NCBI GenBank assembly: GCA_030148545.1
Contig: JASBTF010000001.1
Location: 68,885-132,884 of the forward strand
Direction: 5' to 3'
Length of the DNA stretch: 64,000 nt
Origin: Pseudomonadota bacterium
Lineage (GTDB): Bacteria > Pseudomonadota > Alphaproteobacteria > UBA2136 > JASBTF01
In this document: positions 1 to 10,987 of the stretch, piece after piece
Layout: each line of letters starts with the position of its first letter
How positions within the stretch are numbered: the stretch's first letter is position 1
Position numbers and translations under genes: made by a program
The notes under the pieces: generated by a model
The model's database searches: none
What the model was told of the DNA's origin: nothing
What the model saw: the letters and a program-made list of their open reading frames with translations, nothing else

Positions 1-35
1 ATGCTAGGCTACATAAAAAATACGAGGCCATAACT

Positions 36-2747
36 GTGTTAGGGAAAAATTTCGGATACATCTTCACCACGAGCGTGCTGGTATTAAGCGCGTTTACGAC
101 TGCTGTGGCACAGGAAGTGAGCCTAAAAAACAGTGGTGATACTTGTACTAGCGCGGGCGACCCAGCCAGTGTGGCAACCGAAGGGGCGATCCGTTACAAC
201 GCAGCCAGCAATAAATTTGAAGTATGTGACGATGCTAACGCTTGGGTAGATTTTGCGACCTACAGCGGTAGCGGTGGTGGTGGTTTGTGGAGCCAAAACG
301 GTAGTGAGATTTATTACAATACGGCCAATGTGGGTATTGGTATTACTGACCCTGCAGCTACATTACATGTGAATTCTACAGGTAATACGAGTATGGAGCT
401 TAGCTCTAGCTTCAGTAACGGTTATGCAGGTATTTTCATTGATACTACTGGTGATTCGAGTACTGGGCGTATCACCTTCCAAAAAGCTGGCGTGACAGAT
501 GGTATTATTCGTTATGACCATGCTGCTACGTCGGCTGCTAAACAAATGATTTTTGATGTGGGTGGTGGTAACGCTGAAATGGTGATTAAGGGCTATGATG
601 GCAACGTGGGTGTTGGGACCACCAACCCTGCAGCTAAAGTACATATTGACCAAGATGCAAATGCAGATGGGCTAACCATTACTGGCGGTGGTGGCGGTAA
701 AAATTTGCTGGCGCTCACGCGTGATGTGGGGGGTGCTGGCTCCATTACTTTTGACGTTGGTTCAAACGACCCTAAAATGACGATGGATAATGGTACAGCA
801 AACGGCGAGTGGACTGTGGGTGTGGGTGATAGCGCTGCTGATAAGTTCATGATTGCTTTGGGTGATGGCGACCTGTACACCAGCGAGTTTTTCACCATTG
901 ATGCCAGCGGTAACGTGAGCATTACCGGTAACCTGAACGTGGATGGTAGCTTGAGTGGTAGTGGGTTGTGGAGTGTTTCTACCACGGATGTATATCGTAG
1001 CAGTGGCAGTGTAGGTATTGGGACGGATTCACCAGATAGCAAGTTTCATGTGTTGAACAGTGGTACTGCAGGGGTGAGTAATGTTTCTAGTTTAGCTGCG
1101 TTCCAAAATGATGGCACCACTGGGTCTGATGCAATTATTAGTTTAATATCAGGGATATCTGGCCAGGCTGGTTTGATTATGGGTGATAGCAATAACGGTT
1201 CTGTAGGTCGCCTTTTTTATGATAATAGCGATAATTCTATGCAGTTTTTAACGGCGTTTACCGAACGTATGCGGATTAATAGCGATGGTAATGTAGGTAT
1301 TGGTACGACGAGCCCAAGTGCGACATTGCACCTGATTGGTGCTAGTGGTGCCTTAACATCCTCGTGGATTGGTGCTCCTGCTGGGGCCCAGCTAGTGGTG
1401 CATAATAACGGTGTCATAGGTCAAGGCGCTGGTATACAGCTTTTGGGTGGTACTAGTGGTATCTCAAGTGTACACTTTGGCGATAGTGGAAATGGTGTTC
1501 AGGGTGGTATACATTATGATCATAGTGCTGAGTCTATGTCGTTTGAAGTGGGTTTTGATACGGCGCTTTACTTAGTGCCTCATACTGATGCTATTGGTCG
1601 TGTGGGTGTTGGGACGAATAGTCCAGAAAGTTTATTACATGTGGAATCTACAGGCTCTACCGAATTAACCATTGAAGGTGGTGGTAGCGGCTACCACAAT
1701 GGTGCTGTTGTGTTGAAGGCAACCAACGGTACTAACGTGCGTGCGCTGGGAACCTATGCACACGATGCTGGTGGTGATACCGAATGGTTCTGGGGTCGCC
1801 CTTATAATTCTGGTGGTGGTAGCGACCGCTTTGTGGTGAATCGCCAAGCATCGGTAGCAAGCCATGCTGTGGATACGGCTGTTTACAACGATGCGTTTTT
1901 GACCATTTTGAACGATGGTAGAATGGGTGTAGGGCTAGATAGCCCAAGCTACGCGTTAGATGTTTCTGAGACAGGTACGGTGGCAACACGTATTACGGCA
2001 ATTAATGGCGGCTATAACGACTTTACGGAAGTGTTGAATACGGCATGGTCTAACCTGGTGGTTAAGGGGAATAATAATGGTTACTCAGGTCTGACTATTG
2101 CGACCCCTAACAGTGGTGCCCAAGTTGGTGCAGTTGCTTTTGGTGATGAGGCAAATGGTGCACCTGGTTACATTGCATACGGACATAGTAGCGATGTGAT
2201 GCAATTGGCAACAAACGGCAATATCTTTATGACCGCCGACTCTTCTGGCAACGTAGGTATTGGTACAACTGGTCCAAATGAAGAATTGCATGTAAATAAG
2301 ACTAATGTGGGTGGTAATACGGTTATTCGGGTAGAAAACCCTGATACTACATCGGGGTCGCTAGCTGACTTTTATGCATTGAGTGGTAGCACGTATTTGC
2401 GGAATATTGCCTATGGCTCTGGCGCTGCTTACACTATTTCTAACCGTGCTTACACCATTGGGGTGTATGCGGACTACCCTATGTATTTCCGCACCAATAC
2501 AACCGACCGTATGGTCATTTTAGGTAACGGTAACGTGGGTATTGGTACGATGAGCCCTTCAAGTACGCTTCATGTGCCAGATGGGAGCTATGCTCAGTTT
2601 GCAGACTTTAATGCTGGTGCGCCGCCAAGTGCAGATTGTGATGCAGATAATGAGCGTGGGCGGATGAGTATTGATACGACGAACAACCGGCTTTATATCT
2701 GTATGGGCGCTAGCCGTGGTTGGGACTATACAGCACTGACTGACTAA
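36..2747 (+). CDS. Secreted glycine-rich repeat protein with tail-fibre-like repeats, 903 aa
   Basis: GTG start. N-terminal signal peptide (MLGKNFGYIFTTSVLVLSAFTTAVAQ). Eight copies of the motif N/R-VGIGTT-x-P-x-x-x-LHV spaced ~100-130 aa apart. Gly/Ser/Thr-rich. N- and C-termini carry similar Cys-x(n)-Cys-x(n)-Trp caps (…GAIRYNAASNKFEVCDDANAW… and …RMSIDTTNNRLYICMGASRGW…). Confidence 0.6.
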   Translation: MLGKNFGYIFTTSVLVLSAFTTAVAQEVSLKNSGDTCTSAGDPASVATEGAIRYNAASNKFEVCDDANAWVDFATYSGSGGGGLWSQNGSEIYYNTANVGIGITDPAATLHVNSTGNTSMELSSSFSNGYAGIFIDTTGDSSTGRITFQKAGVTDGIIRYDHAATSAAKQMIFDVGGGNAEMVIKGYDGNVGVGTTNPAAKVHIDQDANADGLTITGGGGGKNLLALTRDVGGAGSITFDVGSNDPKMTMDNGTANGEWTVGVGDSAADKFMIALGDGDLYTSEFFTIDASGNVSITGNLNVDGSLSGSGLWSVSTTDVYRSSGSVGIGTDSPDSKFHVLNSGTAGVSNVSSLAAFQNDGTTGSDAIISLISGISGQAGLIMGDSNNGSVGRLFYDNSDNSMQFLTAFTERMRINSDGNVGIGTTSPSATLHLIGASGALTSSWIGAPAGAQLVVHNNGVIGQGAGIQLLGGTSGISSVHFGDSGNGVQGGIHYDHSAESMSFEVGFDTALYLVPHTDAIGRVGVGTNSPESLLHVESTGSTELTIEGGGSGYHNGAVVLKATNGTNVRALGTYAHDAGGDTEWFWGRPYNSGGGSDRFVVNRQASVASHAVDTAVYNDAFLTILNDGRMGVGLDSPSYALDVSETGTVATRITAINGGYNDFTEVLNTAWSNLVVKGNNNGYSGLTIATPNSGAQVGAVAFGDEANGAPGYIAYGHSSDVMQLATNGNIFMTADSSGNVGIGTTGPNEELHVNKTNVGGNTVIRVENPDTTSGSLADFYALSGSTYLRNIAYGSGAAYTISNRAYTIGVYADYPMYFRTNTTDRMVILGNGNVGIGTMSPSSTLHVPDGSYAQFADFNAGAPPSADCDADNERGRMSIDTTNNRLYICMGASRGWDYTALTD

Positions 2748-2773
2748 GCCAAAAACTGTGCTATAACGCTTAG

Positions 2774-4636
2774 GTGAGTAGCACCCAAATTACCGATGGT
2801 ATTGAGTATATTAAAGCGCAGTTAGTGCGCTTACCGGCTATGCCGGGGGTGTACCGCATGCTGAATGCTGCTGGCGATGTGCTGTATGTGGGTAAGGCCA
2901 AAAACCTGAAGAACCGCGTAACCAGCTACACCCAGCCGGAGCGCATGGGTGCGCGGATTCGTAAAATGGTGTTTGAAACCCGCGAACTGGTGATTGTGGA
3001 AACCCGCACCGAGGCCGAAGCACTGCTGCTGGAAGCGAACCTGATTAAATCGCTCAAGCCGAAGTATAACATTACCTTCCGCGATGATAGCACCTACCCC
3101 AGCATTGTGATTACGAAGGAGGACACGCCGCGCGTGCGCTCTCACCGTGGGTCGCTTAAGCAAAAAGCGCATGTGTTTGGCCCATACCCCGATGCTGGCG
3201 CGGTGCACCGCACGATTGATTTGCTGGAGCGGGCGTTTAGGTTGCGCACCTGCGCTGATAGTGTGTTCCGCCACCGTACGCGGCCGTGCCTTAAATATGA
3301 CGTAAAGCGTTGTAGCGCCCCCTGCGTTGGCAAAATTGATGCTGAGGATTACCGGCATTTGGTGCAGCAAGCGCTGGACTTTTTGGACGGCAAAGGCACT
3401 GCAGTGCATAAAGCGCTGCAGGAGCAAATGGCCGATGCCGCAGCGAACTGGAATTATGAAGAAGCGGCAACCATACGCGACCGTTTACAGGCGCTGGCAA
3501 GTATTAACACCGCGGCAAATGCGATGACCCACGCCCTGCCAGAGGCGGATGTTTTTGCGTTGGTGCAGTCTGGCGGGCAAACGGCGGTGCAGGGGTTCTT
3601 TTACCGTGGGGGGCAGCATGTGGGGAACCACACGTATTACCCAAAAGGTGTGGAGGAGCTGGATGCGGCGGAGACCTTGCGGGTGTTCCTCAGTTTGCAT
3701 TATGCGGCGCGGCCAGCGCCGCCGTTGGTGCTCACCAGCGATGCGGTAGCGGATAGCGAGGCACTAGCCGAGGCGTTGAGCTATAGCGCAGGGCGTAAAG
3801 TGCAGCTGTTGGTGCCGCAACGTGGCGACCGCTACAAGGTGGTGCAACAGGCGCTCAAGAACGCGCAAAATGCCTTGCAACGGCGCCAAACCGAACACAC
3901 GGCATGGGCTAAACAAATGGAAGCGTTTGCCGAGCACTTGGGCCGCGAGCTGCCGATTGAGCGGGTGGAGGCGTTTGATATTTCCAACATTAGTGGTACC
4001 AGCCCGGTGGCCAGCTTGGTGGTGGCCACGCAGGAGAGCATGGACAAGCGCCAGTACCGCAAGTTTGCGATTAAAGGCAAAAACACGCCAGATGATTACA
4101 GCATGATGCACGAGGCATTAACCCGCCGTTATAAACGCTTGCTGAAGGATAGCGAGGCGGGTTTATCGGCATTCCCGAGCGTGATTTTGGTGGATGGTGG
4201 CATTGGCCATTTGAATGTGCTGGTAAAAGTGGCGCAGGAACTTGAGTTTATTGATGAGCCAGACTGCCCAGAGCTGTGCGCGATTGCCAAAGGGGAACAG
4301 CGCGATAAGGGGCTAGAGAAGCTGTACCACTACCGTGATGGTGAGATTGTGCAGCTGCCGATTTTGCACGACACACCACTGATTTTTGTACTACAGCAAA
4401 TTCGCGATGAGTCACACCGTTTTGCAATTGGCTACCACCGGCAAAAGCGTAGTAAGGAATTAAGTAAGTCTAAGTTGGATGGAATTCCTGGTATTGGTGC
4501 TAAACGCAAAAAAGCACTGCTGCTGCATTTTGGATCGGCCAAAGGGGTGGAGGGCGCCACTGTGGAGGAAATTGCCCGCGTGCCTGGTATTAGTCCGCAG
4601 TTGGCTGAGGAAATTTATAGCTGGCTACGGGGTTAA
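2774..4636 (+). CDS. uvrC: Excinuclease ABC subunit C
   Basis: GIY-YIG motif (PGVYRML…LYVGKAKNLKNRVTSY), UvrC central domain and C-terminal HhH (LDGIPGIGAKRKKALLLHFG). GTG start. Confidence 0.9.
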   Translation: MSSTQITDGIEYIKAQLVRLPAMPGVYRMLNAAGDVLYVGKAKNLKNRVTSYTQPERMGARIRKMVFETRELVIVETRTEAEALLLEANLIKSLKPKYNITFRDDSTYPSIVITKEDTPRVRSHRGSLKQKAHVFGPYPDAGAVHRTIDLLERAFRLRTCADSVFRHRTRPCLKYDVKRCSAPCVGKIDAEDYRHLVQQALDFLDGKGTAVHKALQEQMADAAANWNYEEAATIRDRLQALASINTAANAMTHALPEADVFALVQSGGQTAVQGFFYRGGQHVGNHTYYPKGVEELDAAETLRVFLSLHYAARPAPPLVLTSDAVADSEALAEALSYSAGRKVQLLVPQRGDRYKVVQQALKNAQNALQRRQTEHTAWAKQMEAFAEHLGRELPIERVEAFDISNISGTSPVASLVVATQESMDKRQYRKFAIKGKNTPDDYSMMHEALTRRYKRLLKDSEAGLSAFPSVILVDGGIGHLNVLVKVAQELEFIDEPDCPELCAIAKGEQRDKGLEKLYHYRDGEIVQLPILHDTPLIFVLQQIRDESHRFAIGYHRQKRSKELSKSKLDGIPGIGAKRKKALLLHFGSAKGVEGATVEEIARVPGISPQLAEEIYSWLRG

Positions 4637-4759
4637 AATCTCCCCTGATGGCGATTTATGCACACCGCCTTGTGTTTCAGCCTCCTCATGTAGGTTTGGC
4701 TACGCGTCGTCGCCTTCATCACTGCAGCGGCGTACCTAAATACACCACAGGAGAGATTT
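4635..4759. mobile_element. MITE-like dispersed repeat, copy A (~125 bp with ~15-bp terminal inverted repeats)
   Basis: Starts AAAATCTCCCCTG and ends CAGGAGAGATTT. Internally similar to the copies at 34651-34777 and 50073-50196 (shared core …gatttatgcacaccgc…tcggcctcctc.tgtaggttt…acgcgtcgtcg…cctaaata…). Its start overlaps the uvrC TAA stop. Confidence 0.6.
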
Positions 4760-4834
4760 ATTGTTTTGTAGCTGGGTATACGATATGGTGTGGGTATAAA
4801 TCTGTACTGTTTTTAAATGTTGGGAGGGATTTTT

Positions 4835-5218
4835 ATGATTCCAACATTTCCTAATAATATGATACCTGATGCTTATATGGCCATGTTGGCTCGTGCGGGT
4901 GTTGAAATTAATCCATCTGTCCATAGACATGGCTTAGGCCAAGCTTTTCGGCCACCGGAGGCAGGTGAATTGTATCAGCCTAAAGCTGGTGCTGAACCTG
5001 TACTAATACCTGATACGCATTGGGTTGTGGTGCCAATTGATGAGAATGAGGTTTATTACTCTGCAATACAGAGTGATTTGTGTCCTGATAGAGGTTTGAA
5101 CCCAGACGTGCTGCAGCCAGCGGACTTGATTGAGCTTGAGCAGTTGAAGCGCGAGTATGCTTTGACTGTAGATGGCGATAAAATGCGTTGGGTGCATGCT
5201 GCTATTAAACGCTTTTAA
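4835..5218 (+). CDS. Hypothetical protein (127 aa)
   Basis: ORF with a GGAGGG RBS 6 nt upstream of ATG 4835. No recognisable motif. Confidence 0.45.
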   Translation: MIPTFPNNMIPDAYMAMLARAGVEINPSVHRHGLGQAFRPPEAGELYQPKAGAEPVLIPDTHWVVVPIDENEVYYSAIQSDLCPDRGLNPDVLQPADLIELEQLKREYALTVDGDKMRWVHAAIKRF

Positions 5219-5240
5219 TTTTGCCTTGGGAGGAAAAGAA

Positions 5241-5309
5241 ATGCATTGGATTTCATGGATTGGCCTTGGTTTGTTTGCCCTTTGGTCACTTTGGCAGTGG
5301 AATAAGTGA
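5241..5309 (+). CDS. Possible 22-aa hydrophobic peptide (MHWISWIGLGLFALWSLWQWNK)
   Basis: Strong RBS GGGAGGAAAAGAA directly before the ATG. A single predicted TM helix. Very short, so speculative. Confidence 0.3.
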   Translation: MHWISWIGLGLFALWSLWQWNK

Positions 5310-5378
5310 CATGCTAAGAGGAAGGTTGAACGTGAAATTAAATTAGCCAAAAAAGAAATTGATCATTTAGTAAAGCGC

Positions 5379-5612
5379 ATGAAGTGTGGTGATGTTTCTG
5401 ATGAAAATGTGACCATAGAGTTATATTGTATTTGTTTACCTTATGTTGCAGACCCGGATAATGATGAGTGGATAGGGGTGTTTCGTACACTGATTAGTTA
5501 TGCTGCTGAGCAAGGGGTTAGCAAGCCTTTGAAACGTTTTCATGATTATGCTCGTCGCAACTCTGTCGTGCCGCTGAGGCTTTCTCACCCGCCGTTGCCA
5601 ATAACTGTATAA
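5379..5612 (+). CDS. Hypothetical protein (77 aa)
   Basis: ORF only. No clear RBS. Confidence 0.3.
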   Translation: MKCGDVSDENVTIELYCICLPYVADPDNDEWIGVFRTLISYAAEQGVSKPLKRFHDYARRNSVVPLRLSHPPLPITV

Positions 5613-5616
5613 ATGT

Positions 5617-5652
5617 AAAAAAGCCCGCCCCTTTTGGGGCGGGCTTTTGCTG
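5617..5652. terminator. Bidirectional rho-independent terminator
   Basis: Hairpin GCCCGCCCCttttGGGGCGGGC followed by TTTTGC. Preceded by an A-run, so it can serve the convergent gyrB as well. Confidence 0.6.
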
Positions 5653-5665
5653 TTGTGGGTGTTAA

Positions 5666-8200
<2,535 letters not shown>

Positions 8201-8288
8201 CTAACTAACTAGTTCTGGAATAATCATCTTTCAAATCACGCGAAAAGTAGCAGTTTTCGGGGGTTTATGCAACAAAAAACCGCTTGAT

Positions 8289-9203
8289 TTATGATTTGTT
8301 TTTATTAAGTGGGTGGCTGCTGCCGTGGGTGTTAAGCAGTTGCTGAAAATCGGTATCTAAATAGCGTTGCGTGGTAGAAAGATCGGCATGGCCGAGGAGT
8401 TCTTGAATTTCCCGTACAGCAACGCCATCGGCTAACAAATGGCTAGCAAAGCTATGGCGTAGTGCATGGGGGGTAAGGTGCTCTGGCAGGCCAAGTTCGC
8501 GACGGTTTTGTTGCAGAATTTTTTGTGCTTGTCGGGCGGAGAGCGCATCGCCGCGATTGTTTTGGAATAAAGGCGCATTACCAGCACTGAGCGGGGCAGT
8601 TTTTAAGCTAATTTGTAGGGCGGCTTGCACAGGGGGCAGCAGCGGAACAATGCGGTCTCGCTGGCCTTTACCACGTACACGTAGGGTGTTGTGGTTAGCG
8701 GCGCTGGCGGGTAGGCCCAAGGCCTCGCTAATGCGTAGCCCAGCGCCATAGAGCAGCATAAGTAAGGCGTAGTTACGTTGGTCGGCATAATCGGTATCAG
8801 CTGGTGGGGTGAGCTTGGTCAGCAGGTCTATCATCTCCTGCCCTTTTAGGGCTTTTGGCGGGGTGTCTGGCGTGCGCAGGTTTTTGATGAGGCCAATAGC
8901 GGTTTGCCCCAGTTGGTGATGGGTGCCTGCCCATTTAAAAAAGCTCCGCAAGCTAGAGAGCTGGCGGTTGAGGGTGGTTTTGCTGCTGGCTTCGCGGCTG
9001 AGGCGGCGCGCCATGAAGGCTTCAATGGTTTGTGCTTCTAGTTGTTGGAGGTCGGCTAAAGACGGGGTGTGCCCCAAATGCTCGGTTAAAAAAGTGGTGA
9101 ACTGGCTTAGGTCGCGCTTGTAGGCGGCCACGGTGTGGTCGCTCAGGCGGCGCTGCACGGCAATGTGCTCTAAAAATTGGGTTGTGAGGGTGGTTAGTTT
9201 CAT
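8289..9203 (-). CDS. xerC: Tyrosine recombinase XerC/XerD family
   Basis: C-terminal catalytic motifs (HALRHSFASHLL…GHADLSTTQRYLDTD). N-terminal SAM-like domain (LEHIAVQRRLSDHTVAAYKRDL). Start chosen at MKLTTL; the ORF extends to 9221. Confidence 0.8.
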   Translation of the reverse strand: MKLTTLTTQFLEHIAVQRRLSDHTVAAYKRDLSQFTTFLTEHLGHTPSLADLQQLEAQTIEAFMARRLSREASSKTTLNRQLSSLRSFFKWAGTHHQLGQTAIGLIKNLRTPDTPPKALKGQEMIDLLTKLTPPADTDYADQRNYALLMLLYGAGLRISEALGLPASAANHNTLRVRGKGQRDRIVPLLPPVQAALQISLKTAPLSAGNAPLFQNNRGDALSARQAQKILQQNRRELGLPEHLTPHALRHSFASHLLADGVAVREIQELLGHADLSTTQRYLDTDFQQLLNTHGSSHPLNKNKS

Positions 9204-9270
9204 GTCTTGCGATTGTAGCATAAAAAAGGCACACTGCGCCTACTTAAGATGAACCAATAAGGATGCTCTG

Positions 9271-9807
9271 ATGAGTTTGCTGAATGTTCCGGTTGGTAAG
9301 GATGCCCCGAACGATATTTATGTGATTATTGAAAACCCACGCCATAAAAGTGGCTGCAAATACGAAATTGACAAAGACACTGGCGCGGTGTTTGTAGACC
9401 GCTTTACGCCAATGCCAATGGTGTTCCCAGCGCATTATGGCTACATTAACCAAACTCTGGGTGGTGATGGTGACCCGGTGGATGCCTTTGTGGTTTCTGA
9501 TGTTGATGTGGTGCCCGGTGCGGTGATTCGTTGTCGCCCTGTTGGTGTGCTGCGTACATCTGACGAGGCGGGTGATGACCCAAAACTGATTTGCGTACCA
9601 GTAACTAAGCTAGACCGCCGTTATAAGAGCGTGCAAGACATTACCGATGTAGACCAGCTGCTGAAAGACCAGCTAGAGCAGTTTTATGAGCACTACAAAA
9701 ACCTGGAGCCCGGCAAGTGGGTGAAGGTAGATGGCTGGGGCGATGCTGCCGAGGCTAAAGGTGTGATTGAAGAGGGAATTGCACGCCTAAGCGATAAGGC
9801 TGCTTAG
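9271..9807 (+). CDS. ppa: Inorganic pyrophosphatase
   Basis: DIYVIIENPRHKSGCKYEIDKDTG…, the family I PPase signature. Confidence 0.9.
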   Translation: MSLLNVPVGKDAPNDIYVIIENPRHKSGCKYEIDKDTGAVFVDRFTPMPMVFPAHYGYINQTLGGDGDPVDAFVVSDVDVVPGAVIRCRPVGVLRTSDEAGDDPKLICVPVTKLDRRYKSVQDITDVDQLLKDQLEQFYEHYKNLEPGKWVKVDGWGDAAEAKGVIEEGIARLSDKAA

Positions 9808-9817
9808 GTTGGCCTGA

Positions 9818-9905
9818 TACCTCGTCATTGCGAGTCGCGTAGCGACGCGGCAATCTATACAGATTCACCTCACATAGATTGCTTCGTTCCTCGCAATGAC
9901 GAGGT
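9818..9905. repeat. Palindromic repeat element, copy 1 (CCTCGTCATTGCGAG…CTCGCAATGACGAGG with a nested inner palindrome)
   Basis: The 14-bp arms at 9820-9833 and 9891-9904 are perfect reverse complements. An inner GCAATCTAT…ATAGATTGC hairpin sits between them. A related degenerate copy lies at 34890-34992. Confidence 0.5.
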
Positions 9906-9931
9906 GTGTGGCAAGAAAAGAGAAAAAATAA

Positions 9932-9966
9932 AGAACCCTGCCATTTGGCAGGGTTTTCTTTTTCAA
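9932..9966 (+). terminator. Rho-independent terminator after ppa
   Basis: ACCCTGCCAtttGGCAGGGT followed by TTTCTTTTTC. Confidence 0.55.
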
Positions 9967-9994
9967 ATTTAACGAAACATGGCATGATGCGGGC

Positions 9995-10909
9995 ATGACA
10001 AAACCAATACCTGCCGAACAAACTTTTATGCTGTTTAAACTTGATAAAGCCCGTAAACGCTGGCGTTTTGTGGCGCTGCTGCTGTTGTTTATTGCTGTAC
10101 TTGCTGTGGTGGACCGCGTGCCAACAGGTGCTGTGGATGGCGGTGCGCCATATGTGGCGCATGTTGCGGTGGAAGATGTAATTTTGAACGAGCAAGAGCG
10201 TTTGCAAACGCTACATGATTTAGCTGCAGATGAGCAGGTGCAGGCGCTAGTGGTGCGGGTGGACTCTCCCGGTGGCACCATGACAGGTGGTTATACCTTA
10301 TACGAGGCATTGCGCCATGTGGCAGCGAACAAGCCAGTTGTGGCGGTTATGGGCGATACCGCGGCATCGGCAGGGTATATGGTGGCGCTGGGTGCTGACC
10401 ATATTTTGGCTAGCCCTGCCACATTGACGGGCTCTATTGGGGTGTTCCTACCGCTGGTGGATGCTACTGAGCTGGCCAATAAAATTGGGGTTAAATCAGC
10501 CAGTGTGGCCAGTGGTGAGCTAAAAATGGTGACATCCCCGTTGGAAAAACGTGATGAAGCAGCACAAAAATATTTGGAAGAATTGGTGCACCGCATGAAT
10601 GGTATGTTCTATGCCTTGGTGCAAGAGCGACGCAACCCTAGTAAAGCCACGTTGGATGTTATTGCTGATGGCCGTGCCTTGGTGGGGGTGCAAGCGCAAG
10701 AGCTTGGGCTGGTAGATGCCTTGGGTGGCGTGCGTGACGCACAGCAATGGCTGAGTGCAACCTATGACATTGAGGCGCCACTGCGTGAGGTGGACCTGAT
10801 TACGCCGTTGACCTTTTGGGAAGAAATGGTCGGACAAGCGCGTAGCTTGCTTAAGTTGCCACAAACACACTTTGCGGGATTAAAACCTGCATTTTGGGCA
10901 ATTTTTTAA
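9995..10909 (+). CDS. sppA: Signal peptide peptidase SppA (36K type)
   Basis: N-terminal TM helix. S49 motifs (VDSPGGTMTGG…VAVMGDTAASAGYMVALGADHILASPATLTGSIGV). Confidence 0.85.
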   Translation: MTKPIPAEQTFMLFKLDKARKRWRFVALLLLFIAVLAVVDRVPTGAVDGGAPYVAHVAVEDVILNEQERLQTLHDLAADEQVQALVVRVDSPGGTMTGGYTLYEALRHVAANKPVVAVMGDTAASAGYMVALGADHILASPATLTGSIGVFLPLVDATELANKIGVKSASVASGELKMVTSPLEKRDEAAQKYLEELVHRMNGMFYALVQERRNPSKATLDVIADGRALVGVQAQELGLVDALGGVRDAQQWLSATYDIEAPLREVDLITPLTFWEEMVGQARSLLKLPQTHFAGLKPAFWAIF

Positions 10910-10987
10910 GTAAGTGTTTGGTGGTTAGTATTCTATAGCGTACTGTATGGATACGTTTAATAATAAACAACAAGAAGAAGTGGACTT

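Noticed and set aside
8289-9221. Xer-like recombinase as a marker of an integrated mobile element next to gyrB
   Set aside because: The N-terminal and catalytic motifs look like housekeeping XerC/XerD, and no flanking att-like repeats, tRNA target or phage genes were seen. Called as chromosomal xerC.
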